DNA from: Candidatus Azobacteroides sp.
GTDB lineage: Bacteria; Bacteroidota; Bacteroidia; Bacteroidales; WRGA01
Length of the DNA: 64,000 bases
Reading direction: 5' to 3'
Assembly: GCA_021201815.1 (NCBI GenBank)
Contig: JAJQEC010000093.1
Span: 15,989-79,988 of the forward strand
Position numbers and translations under genes: made by a program. Below the pieces are notes generated by a model. The model was given only the letters and a program-made list of their open reading frames with translations. It made no database searches and was not told the DNA's origin. This document shows, piece by piece, positions 27,024 through 36,038 of the stretch (position 1 is its first letter; each line of letters starts with the position of its first letter).

Positions 27024-27049
27024 AGAGGCTGCCTTTTCTGACAGCCTCT
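27024..27049 (-). terminator. Hairpin after 27074 gene (8-bp perfect stem agaggctg / cagcctct)
   Basis: Read directly; followed on the minus strand by atcatatttt. Confidence 0.4.
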
Positions 27050-27073
27050 GGTTAGTTATCCAATAAAAAAGAA

Positions 27074-27623
27074 TTACTCGTAATATTTCTCTAAAAGATA
27101 TTTGAAATTAACATTAAAAGAAATCATAATATAATTAGAGCCCTCCAAATCATTATTTCTCAATTCAAAGGTTAGGTTTTTAAGCTTTGCTTCAAATAAA
27201 GATATTTCCTGAGGAGTTATCATTGTTGTCTCTGAAAGGAAAAAAGTAACTTCTTTAATTTCCCCTTTATCAGACATATAAGCAAGAAGTAAAACGGTTT
27301 CTTTCCCACTTAATTCTTCGGCTCTTTTTTTTGACCATACTTTTGTTGCAAGAATTGAAACTTGCCTATTATAGTGGAATGGCATAGCTAAGGCAATAGC
27401 ATCTCCTTTTTCTTCTTTTAATTTTTCAGAAGGCTTGTATTCTTCCAAGTAAAGTTTATTTTTTTTATTTCTTATATCGAATCGATTTGATCTATCGCGT
27501 TTACTTATCTCATATTCAGAGGCCTTTTTCCATTGTTCTTCAAATATTCTTGTCCCATTTTCCGGATAGCTAGCGGAAGAATAAAGAAGAAGCATAAGAC
27601 AAAAAAAATGATTTCCTTTTCAT
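27074..27623 (-). pseudogene. Paralog family member 4; the signal-peptide-encoding 5' end is out of frame because of an 8-nt homopolymer (27601..27608)
   Basis: ATG at 27623..27621 gives MKRKSFFLSYASSLFFR* as written. With 7 instead of 8 T (minus strand) it reads MKRKSFFCLMLLLYSSASYPENGTRIFEEQW..., joining track ORF 27074..27595. Confidence 0.7.
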
Positions 27624-27687
27624 TGGTTTTTATGTTATTTCCGGCTCTTATCTTTACCCTCAATTAAGAACCGGAAATACAAATAAA

Positions 27688-28227
27688 TTAATAATTCTCT
27701 GCCAATCTGGTGAAATTTACATAAAAAGGTAACAAAATATAATTAGAGCCCTTCAGATCATCCGTCCTTAACTGAAACTTCTTTTCTTTTAATTTCTGCT
27801 CAAATAAGAAAATTTCCTGTGGTGTGATAGTCGTAGTTTCAAACAATAAAAATGTTATTTCTTTAATTTCTCCTTCATCAGAAATATATACACGAAGAAT
27901 GATCGTTTCCTTTCCTCTCATTTCTTTGGCACGTTCCTTTGACCAAATTTCTTCGGCCATAATCGGAATATCCTTTGTATAATAAGGTGGCATAGCAGCT
28001 TGTATTAGATATTCATTATTTTTTAACTTTTCCGAAGGTTTGTATTTTTCCAAATAAAGTACATTTTCTTTATTCCTTATTTCTAAACGATGTATATCTT
28101 CTAATAAAACTACATTATATTTCAATGTATCCGAAGGTATCCATTGATCATATTTTCCAAAAATCTTTTTTGCAAAGAGAGAGGTCGCACTACATAATAA
28201 AAAATATAATAAAAGAGTTTTTTTCAT
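27688..28227 (-). CDS. Exported ~180-aa protein, paralog family member 5 (directly downstream of the intact 302-aa gene)
   Basis: 179-aa ORF with signal peptide MKKTLLLYFLLCSATSLFA. Start lies 5 nt after the stop of 28233..29141. Confidence 0.8.
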   Translation of the reverse strand: MKKTLLLYFLLCSATSLFAKKIFGKYDQWIPSDTLKYNVVLLEDIHRLEIRNKENVLYLEKYKPSEKLKNNEYLIQAAMPPYYTKDIPIMAEEIWSKERAKEMRGKETIILRVYISDEGEIKEITFLLFETTTITPQEIFLFEQKLKEKKFQLRTDDLKGSNYILLPFYVNFTRLAENY

Positions 28228-28232
28228 ATTGG

Positions 28233-29141
28233 TTATTTATTTAAAAGTTTTAATAAAGCTTCTGGTCTTAATGTATAATCAATAGGATAATTATATTCTG
28301 GCCTTTCATTAATGAAAATTTCCAAAAAATAATAGTATTTATCTTCTAAAACTTCCCAACTTGGGTATTCTGTTCCAAAATTCGTAATTACATCTAACCA
28401 GGTTAAATAGGAATTAAAATATTCCGAATCTTGAGGAATAGCTATACAACAATCCATAAAAGAAAGAGAATAATGTATATCATAAAACAACTTAGCTTCA
28501 AATTCAATATTGGAATGTCCTTTACCACCATATTTATCTATTCCATTATAAAAATGGTGCTGATAGATATGAAAAAAATCTTCTATTACTACCCGGTCTA
28601 ACGTGACGGCTCCCGAATGCTGAAAATAAAGTACATTCGTTTCACTATTGAAATGGGCAGGACTTGATATTGTTCCATCTATTTTTACATTTGCTACCAA
28701 TACATAATTATTTATCAAATAATTAAAAAGTTGCTCAAAATAAGGAGACATGGACATAAGGGAACTTATTTTGTTCAATAAATCCTGCATTTCCTTTACC
28801 GTCAATTCACTTTTTATGAATATGTTAGTAACATCCTTACTACTCTCTTTTCCATCCTTATCCGAACTGTCCTCTACATCATCCCTGGTGATATCTTCAT
28901 TCGTTAAGTCGTCTTCTTCCTCATCCCTGTTCCAGGAGTCAGGCCCAGGCCAGTCATCGTCTCCGGAGTCAGGACGTTCACCTACTACTATCCACTCATC
29001 CTCCGACTCGTAGGAGGGCCACTCCCCATTGTCATTGAATAGTTCATCTTCCATGGCTGTAACCTGCCCGATAACAGAAAAAGCTATTAAAAGTAAACAG
29101 ATTCTGGTTACTTTATTTTTTCTTTTCAACCCCTTTTCCAT
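28233..29141 (-). CDS. Exported 302-aa protein: signal peptide, highly acidic linker, ~200-aa C-terminal domain of unknown function (candidate effector)
   Basis: MEKGLKRKNKVTRICLLLIAFSVIGQVTA signal. D/E-rich stretch (ESEDEWIVVGERPDSGDDDWPGPDSWNRDEEEDDLTNEDITRDDVEDSSD). C-terminal domain with FFHIYQHHF...GKGHSNIEFEAKLFYDI. Start overlaps the upstream stop (TAATG). Confidence 0.75.
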   Translation of the reverse strand: MEKGLKRKNKVTRICLLLIAFSVIGQVTAMEDELFNDNGEWPSYESEDEWIVVGERPDSGDDDWPGPDSWNRDEEEDDLTNEDITRDDVEDSSDKDGKESSKDVTNIFIKSELTVKEMQDLLNKISSLMSMSPYFEQLFNYLINNYVLVANVKIDGTISSPAHFNSETNVLYFQHSGAVTLDRVVIEDFFHIYQHHFYNGIDKYGGKGHSNIEFEAKLFYDIHYSLSFMDCCIAIPQDSEYFNSYLTWLDVITNFGTEYPSWEVLEDKYYYFLEIFINERPEYNYPIDYTLRPEALLKLLNK

Positions 29142-30571
29142 TATTTAATGATTTTTATGGATTCGTTTATCTTTTCACCTCTTATCTTCAACAGGTAATT
29201 TCCTGGTGTTACAGATAAGGCCGGTATGATAACCTCATTCTCTCCTGATGGATACTTGCGGTAACTGCTGCTGTATATTTTTTTTCCTCCCATATCATAG
29301 ATTTCCAGCAGAATTTCTTGTGGCTCCTGAAGGGAAAGGAGGACAAGCAGTTCATCCTCAAACGGATTGGGTGATACGGATACCCTATTTTCTTTCTTTT
29401 CTGTTCTTTCCGTCAGGGAAGTTACCACTTCTCCCTTTTTCAGAACTACAAAGGCCGGAGGATGGTAGCTACGGGTTTTTTCACAATAGGTTATCAGGTT
29501 GCCGGTAAGGAACTCTTCATTCCCGATGGTTTGTATCGTAAATTTTCCGTTAAGGATATCCACCAGTTTTAGCCTCCATACTTTTGTATCGTCAAATATC
29601 CACAGGGAGTCAGTGAGGGTTGCTTTCACGGGCAGGGAAAGGGTATCGTCCTGTATCCAGCTCCCTATCAGCCGGTTCTCTTCTGAGATATGCCAGGATG
29701 CCTGTATCTTCATTTCCGATTCGGCTCTTTTTCCGGACCAGTCATAATACATTATCTTTCCTTCCCACTCTCCTTCCAGCCTTTCCGACGGAAGCGGTGT
29801 GTTGGTTACGGCTTTCCACTGATCGGGAATCAGTTGGGAAACCGGGTCGGCATTCCCGGACCGGAGGTTTACCTGACTTAATCCGTATGTATTTATATTT
29901 TCTGTGTATAGGATAAAATCAATTGCCCTGGAAAGCCCTTTTTCCGCAGCCTTCCTTATCCAGGACATTCCTTCTTCCACATCACGCTCTACTCCGTACC
30001 CTTTCATATACATCAGTCCGACATAAAACATAGGTCCGGCGTCTCCCTGCTCTGCAAGGGGAAGGAAGTAGGAAAGGGCTTTGCCGTAATCCTGTTCTAC
30101 GCCCATTCCTTTGTAATAGAAATATCCGATAGTATAACCGGCCCGTATATCCCCTTGTTCCATTGCTTTGGTAAACCAGGAAAAAGCCGTGGTAAAATCC
30201 TGTTCTACACTATGTCCGTAGCGGTAACATGACCCTACATTATAACTGGCCCTGGGATACCCGCCTTCCGCAGCCAGAAGAAAATATTCCATTGCCTTAT
30301 CATCATTTTGTTCTACCCCCTTGCCTAGTTTATACATCATCCCCAGAGCATTCAACGACTGGGAATCTCCTTCTTTCGCCAGCCGTTCAAAAAGGGTATA
30401 GGCTTTTCCGTGGTCCATCGGAGTATAATAGCCGTTCAGGTAAAGATAAGCCCATTTAAACATTTTATCCCTGTCTTTCCGGTTGCTTTTTTGTCCTGTT
30501 TGTGCAGGAAGAAAATTAAAAAAGGTTGCCCCTATAAGTATGCATACCCATATTGTTCTTTTCTGTTTCAT
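29141..30571 (-). CDS. Sel1-repeat protein with T9SS C-terminal sorting domain
   Basis: 476-aa ORF with a signal peptide and about six Sel1-like repeats (…ALGMMYKLGKGVEQNDDKAMEYF…, …GYFYYKGMGVEQDYGKALSYF…). C-terminus VSPNPFEDELLVLL...LEIYDMGGKKIY...GNYLLKIRGEKINESIKIIK. Confidence 0.85.
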   Translation of the reverse strand: MKQKRTIWVCILIGATFFNFLPAQTGQKSNRKDRDKMFKWAYLYLNGYYTPMDHGKAYTLFERLAKEGDSQSLNALGMMYKLGKGVEQNDDKAMEYFLLAAEGGYPRASYNVGSCYRYGHSVEQDFTTAFSWFTKAMEQGDIRAGYTIGYFYYKGMGVEQDYGKALSYFLPLAEQGDAGPMFYVGLMYMKGYGVERDVEEGMSWIRKAAEKGLSRAIDFILYTENINTYGLSQVNLRSGNADPVSQLIPDQWKAVTNTPLPSERLEGEWEGKIMYYDWSGKRAESEMKIQASWHISEENRLIGSWIQDDTLSLPVKATLTDSLWIFDDTKVWRLKLVDILNGKFTIQTIGNEEFLTGNLITYCEKTRSYHPPAFVVLKKGEVVTSLTERTEKKENRVSVSPNPFEDELLVLLSLQEPQEILLEIYDMGGKKIYSSSYRKYPSGENEVIIPALSVTPGNYLLKIRGEKINESIKIIK

Positions 30572-30598
30572 CTTGCTTTTTGTTTTATGCCTTTTGTG

Positions 30599-31946
30599 TT
30601 ACCATTTGTAATTATTCTGGTGGGGCTTACCATTATATTTTATCTTCTGTTGCGCATTGGCTTCCTTCAGGGATGTCGGTTCAAATCTTTTCAGTTGGGC
30701 AATATTTTCCTTCTGTTTTTCAATATCGTATTTCTCCCAGGCATACACTACCTTTTCTGCCATCAGGTATTCGAAGATCTCTTCCGTAAATTTCTCCAGC
30801 TAGCTGTCGGAATACTTGCCGGTCCTGCGTAATACCTCAATCTTTGCTTCCGTTTTTTCCATGACTTCCGTGTGGGAGCTGGCACGCACATACTCCCGTT
30901 TCTGAAGGTTGGAAAGTAAATCCATAAATGCCATGTTAAAGTTTTTGCGTGCTTCATAACTCAACCGGGAAGTTTCCATTTGATCCTCCACGTGATAGAA
31001 GGCAGAATCCATTGCTGCCGAATAGACTTTATACAGGTTTTTCAGGGCATTCAGCTGGCTGTCGTCCAGATTTACCATGCGGGTGATTTCCAGAATTTTA
31101 AGAGGGAGCTTTTCTTCTTTATGCTGGCGGGTTACCCGCAGGTATTCCTCTTCCTGCTCGTTCGTAAGAAGTTTTGTCAATTTCTCATTAAACTCCTGCC
31201 TTGTATCCCGTAGCAACCTGGCTGCAACCTCTTTGTCAGGAACATGATAGATGGCGGAGTCCGTTTTGAGCGCATATTCATTATATATCTCTTTCAGTTG
31301 TTCCAGTTGTCCGGTTGTAAGGTCTACCATCCGGGTTATTTCTGCCAGCTTCTGTGGCAGTTTCCCTTCTTTGTGCATAGTGGTTACCTGATGATATTCT
31401 TCCTGTTGAACTGCAGAGAGAATGCCACTTAATCCTTTGTTGAACTCCTGCCGGGTGTTATACAAGAGTCGGGCTGCCTCTTCCCTTTCTGTTACTTTAT
31501 AGATTGCGGAATCTGTTTTTGTGGCATAGGCTTTATATAGTTTTTTTTAATGCTTCCAACTGCTCCGGGGTAACGTCTACCATTCTGGAGATTTCGGCAA
31601 TTTTCAGGGGTAAACGTTCTTCCTTGTGCCGGGTGGTTGCCCGGAGATATTCGACTTTTTGTTCTTCGGAGAGCAGGTTTATAAACACTGTGTTGAATGT
31701 ATTCCTGCCAGTACGAATCAACGCTGCAGCTTCGTCTTTATTATCCACTTTGTAAATGGCGGAATCCATTGTGGCGGCGTATTCTTTGTACTGCTGCTTA
31801 AGGAGGGTAAGCTGGCTTTCGTCCAGTTCCACCATTTTGGTTATTTCCGCCAGTTTCAACGGAAGCCTGTTCTTTTTTTCCTGGGCACATAAGGTACCGG
31901 CACATGCCAACAAATATACTGCCAGCAATAAATACATTCTTCTCAT
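30599..31946 (-). pseudogene. Exported protein of four 84-aa LTXXQ-type (Spy/CpxP-like) repeats, broken by a homopolymer frameshift (31541..31548) and an in-frame TAG (30802..30800)
   Basis: Track ORFs 31533..31946 and 30800..31465 carry the same repeat (LP.K.AEI..MV.L...QL..LK..Y..Y....DSAIY.V...E.A..L......F......L...Q..EY...T..HKEE). Hand translation continues after the TAG for 66 codons to TAA at 30601..30599. Confidence 0.7.
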
Positions 31947-32608
31947 ATTTTTTATTTAAATTTAAGTAAATAATTTTTGAGACAAATTTAAAAGAATAGA
32001 GATGTTGTTATGTGTAAAAATTGATGGAAAAGGTGAATGATTTGATGGTTTTTTAATATGTCGATGACATACGCTGGTATCATAAATACCTGATAATGTT
32101 GTTTAATTGAATCTTTAAGGGAAATGGCTGAGGAGAAAAGTAAAGATATCTTTATTGATTGGTTAATTAAGCATCTGCAAAAAAATATTCATTTACACAA
32201 ACAATTTATTGGGATTTATTTTTTAAGAAGGAAGTAGCTATTTGAAAAATATTGTTATTGTGCGAATGGTTCTTATTATCGTCTGACTTATTGCTTTTAT
32301 ATTGTTATTAATCAGGTATATTTTATTTATAATCGATTACTTTTCTCTTTTTGTTTAAATGATTCGATGTTTTTACTTTATCTTTTTAAATGGAATATAC
32401 ACAGAGAATTTTAGAGAGAGATACATTTTTTCTGTTTCCAGAGCAATAGGTTTAAACTAATTCTGCTAATTATAGGAAATGTACATTTACTTCTTTATTA
32501 GTAGACATATAGTGCTGGCATCTGTATATATTAATGAAAGGGGTGTATGAATCCGTTTCCGGCGGAAAGAAAAAAGAAATTCAGTCCGGAATTCAGGCAA
32601 TTCTTTCG

Positions 32609-34672
32609 TTAATCGTTAAAGCTAGCTGAAATACCGAAGCGTAGATGGAACGGATTAATCGGATAATGTGGTAATGAGAAATATCTTCCTGATCCCTGAT
32701 TGATGTGGTAAGCCATTAAAAAGAACCGGGTTTTTTTCAGATATAGATTAATATAAGCATTCACCAGCGGATAATTTCCTATTTCTACTTCCTTCTGAAG
32801 ATAAAACTGGGAAGTTGCAGGCTGGTATGCGGGTGCATAATAATTAGTATGGTATCTGACGTCTGCTCCTAACTGAACCCGCAGAACTCGGGCAGCAGTA
32901 AACCATAGGTAAGCATTGCTATATAAACTAAGTGCCGGTAATGGTAAAATCTCTTTGTTGGAAGTTGTCTGGTATACGATCTCGTTATCCCAATGCAATA
33001 CTCCCAATGTAAAATTCTGATTTAATTTAGCCGAAAATACCTGTATGTTTTCGCTGGTCTGGTCCGGTACGGCCATTTCGTTGAAATAAATGTAATTCTG
33101 CAGGTTTTCTACTCCGATATCCAACTGAAAACCACGGGTAGGAACAGAGAAAATTCCACCTACACGTACCCGCCTCTGATCATGAAAGTTATTCTCCCAC
33201 CAGAAGAAATTAGAGTGGTATTTTCGTTGGTAAAAAGTCGGTACCAGATTATAAATATGTCCGTATGCATTCAATCGGATAATATCTTTCCATAGACGGA
33301 ATGTAGTCTGAGCGTTCCCTGATATTTTAAATTGTCCTATATCATCCCCTAATATCCCTAATTCCCCCCTCAGGTCATAGGTCAGTAACGTCCCCTGACG
33401 TTTGGATAGTTCGGCCCCTACATAGGTTGCATTTTCTTTATAAACACTATTCCACATGGTATTGGATTCCCGGTTATCTCTTATTTCAGGAAAATAGTCA
33501 ATCAGGTCAATATCCTGTTTTTCTATCAGGCGGTAATTACGGATTTCATTTTCTATAAACACGCTTAAACCGGCTTTAGCATATTGGTTAAATCCTTCCA
33601 GAAGGGAAATCCCGAATGTATTTCTTAACGCGAAATATTTTGTCGAATCATGTGTCGCTGTATTATTTAAGATAGGATCCGGAAAGTAATTTGCCGGAAT
33701 ATTCGATCCGTTAAAAAAACGAGAGTCGTACGTATACTTTACCGTATGGATAAAACTGGTCACCGGAACAAATTCCATTGTCCTTTCTGTCGGACGATAA
33801 ATACTTCCCAGGGAATCTTCTTCGCTTTCAAATACTTTTCCCTTTACTGTCAGGTCCGAGCTTAATGCATCAATCTGATTAATCGGTACTCCGGCTGTGG
33901 AATCAGATATTTCCCTGTAAAATCCGATATTATACCTATGATTAAGGAAGAGCTGCCGGTCTTTTATCCGGTTTCCATAATTGGAAAGTCTGACCGGTAT
34001 TTCTTTAGAGCCTATTTTTCGTTTGGAACCATTCGCGTCTTCGGGATTAGTGATATCCGTGTCGTTTTCAATACCACCGTTTTCCTGATTATTAATATTA
34101 TCTGCTCCTATAAATGCATGTAACACATATTTGTCGGAGAGGTAATTCGTAAAGAAAACAAAATCCGTTTGTTTGGCTGCCTGATTTTCATAAAAACCGC
34201 GGGCATATACATAATCGAAATATCCTCCAAGATTCCATTTTTTATTGACATTGGCAGAAAATATACCGGTCAGCCGTTCTTCTTTGTTCGTATTTCCTCC
34301 CCCCCAGGTATAAGTGAGATTAGAGTAGGGAATTTTTGTATTGGTAAAATCAAAATTACCCGGACGCTTAATAAATGGATAAAACCCGTCCTTAAATATA
34401 AAACGATCTTCCAATGGTCTGTCAAAAAAGATTTTTGACTGGCCGGGTTGCATCAAATTTCCTGTATATCCGTACGCTGTACTGAATCCGTCAGGAATTG
34501 TCCGGTTCTGAAAATTAAGAATAATCGTATCAAATGGGGTAGGAGTAATGTTTCCCAGGCGTTCGGAAATTTTCCAGGAAACAATGGGAATCGGGTCGTT
34601 TTCAGTTTGTGCGGAAAGATTCAGCACACAAAAAACGGAACAAATTAAGATAACTAAAAACGCTTTTCTCAT
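32609..34672 (-). CDS. Outer-membrane beta-barrel protein (putative porin family)
   Basis: 687-aa ORF with a signal peptide and alternating aromatic/polar beta-strand-like pattern throughout. Resembles Bacteroidetes proteins annotated as putative porin. Confidence 0.5.
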   Translation of the reverse strand: MRKAFLVILICSVFCVLNLSAQTENDPIPIVSWKISERLGNITPTPFDTIILNFQNRTIPDGFSTAYGYTGNLMQPGQSKIFFDRPLEDRFIFKDGFYPFIKRPGNFDFTNTKIPYSNLTYTWGGGNTNKEERLTGIFSANVNKKWNLGGYFDYVYARGFYENQAAKQTDFVFFTNYLSDKYVLHAFIGADNINNQENGGIENDTDITNPEDANGSKRKIGSKEIPVRLSNYGNRIKDRQLFLNHRYNIGFYREISDSTAGVPINQIDALSSDLTVKGKVFESEEDSLGSIYRPTERTMEFVPVTSFIHTVKYTYDSRFFNGSNIPANYFPDPILNNTATHDSTKYFALRNTFGISLLEGFNQYAKAGLSVFIENEIRNYRLIEKQDIDLIDYFPEIRDNRESNTMWNSVYKENATYVGAELSKRQGTLLTYDLRGELGILGDDIGQFKISGNAQTTFRLWKDIIRLNAYGHIYNLVPTFYQRKYHSNFFWWENNFHDQRRVRVGGIFSVPTRGFQLDIGVENLQNYIYFNEMAVPDQTSENIQVFSAKLNQNFTLGVLHWDNEIVYQTTSNKEILPLPALSLYSNAYLWFTAARVLRVQLGADVRYHTNYYAPAYQPATSQFYLQKEVEIGNYPLVNAYINLYLKKTRFFLMAYHINQGSGRYFSLPHYPINPFHLRFGISASFND

Positions 34673-35262
34673 ATCAGAGACAAAGATACAATCTATTCAA
34701 ATTCAAATTAGAAAAGAAAAATAAAATTTTATAAAACATGATAATAAATAGTATTTTTTATAATAAAACAGGTCGGTTTCCTTTATTTTAATGCTAATAA
34801 TGGGAATTAAGGTATTGCTTTAATTCCTATTGAAATTAAAATATGAGAATAAAAGAAATATACTTATAGATCTATGAATACATGGGTAGTTCTTTCCTTA
34901 GTCCTTTCTTCCTATCGAATCGGAAATAATTTCTTTTTGTTTTTAAAGGAATATTCTTTAAAATCTTTCTAATATAAAAAGAGATTATATTAATAAATTG
35001 AAAAAGTATTGTCAGTTGTTGCTTTTAAGTGAACTTTCCTGATAACCGGGGATTGTACTAGTATTAACAGAACAATCTTTTGATTTTACTGAATAGGCCT
35101 TACAGGACTAGTATACAAATAGAGGATTATTATCTCCGGGTATTTGTTTATCATATCCGGAAAGTTTATTTATAAAAATCATTGTTCACTTATTTAACTG
35201 AAAAATCCGATCTGTTTTTAATGAAAAAACAGAAGGATTTGTGATATAATTTGTAGAAAATT

Positions 35263-35988
35263 ATGATGATTTTGATATTACTTTTAGGAATAAGTTTATT
35301 ATTTATAACCATTGGTTGTATTATAAATGTCAGCAATGCACCTTATCTTCTTCACCATTATCAAAAGCTGAAGGAGGAAGAGAAAAAGCAGTTTGACCTG
35401 CAGGCATATACCCGGTCATTCAGAAAGTATCATTTATTTTTAGGAATAACGCTACTTTTTATTACCATGGCTTTGGTTTATTTGTTCGGATTAAATGCGG
35501 TTTTACTTTTATTTGTTCTTTATCCTGCTCTTGCCTATAGTTCTTCTATCTGGAGCAATACAAAGTATTTGAAAATATTTAATAAAAGATGGGACAGGAT
35601 TCTTATTATTAGTATGCTTCCTATTCTGGCAGTATTTATATTAGGATTGCAGGAGAATAAACTTAATTTACATCCGGATAAAATTAAAGTCGAAGGTTAC
35701 CACGGAGAAGAGATAGCTCCTTCGGAAATCAGGTCGGTGGAACTGGTCCATCAGCTTCCGGAAATTCGTTATAAAAAGAATGGATTCGGGATGAAACGGG
35801 TTAGAAAGGGATATTTTAAAACAGGAGATTCGGAAACAGTAAAACTGATTTTGAACACAGATAAAAAGCCTTATCTTCTTTTTACCAAAAAGAATGGAGA
35901 GCGGATTTATTTTTCTGCTAATGAAAAATCCAGTGCAGAACTTTACAGAGAATTGAAAGAGAAAATGCCTGGCCTGCAGTACAAATAA
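35263..35988 (+). CDS. Integral membrane protein of unknown function (four N-terminal TM segments plus soluble C-terminal domain)
   Basis: 241-aa ORF with hydrophobic segments read from the translation. Confidence 0.6.
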   Translation: MMILILLLGISLLFITIGCIINVSNAPYLLHHYQKLKEEEKKQFDLQAYTRSFRKYHLFLGITLLFITMALVYLFGLNAVLLLFVLYPALAYSSSIWSNTKYLKIFNKRWDRILIISMLPILAVFILGLQENKLNLHPDKIKVEGYHGEEIAPSEIRSVELVHQLPEIRYKKNGFGMKRVRKGYFKTGDSETVKLILNTDKKPYLLFTKKNGERIYFSANEKSSAELYRELKEKMPGLQYK

Positions 35989-36038
35989 AAAGCCCGTCTC
36001 CTATTCGGAGAAAGGCTTTATCTGCAAAAGAAGATGGA

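Noticed and set aside
24462-27475. Diversity-generating retroelement (template/variable repeat pair) as the origin of the 396-bp repeat
   Set aside because: The two copies are identical rather than differing at adenines, no reverse transcriptase gene is present, and the repeat covers most of a gene rather than a short C-terminal variable region.
35054-35116. Two ACTAGTAT-containing palindromic sites about 50 bp apart in the 34673..35262 divergent promoter region as an operator pair
   Set aside because: The motifs are only 8-10 bp, in an AT-rich region where such matches are expected by chance, and there is no third line of evidence.
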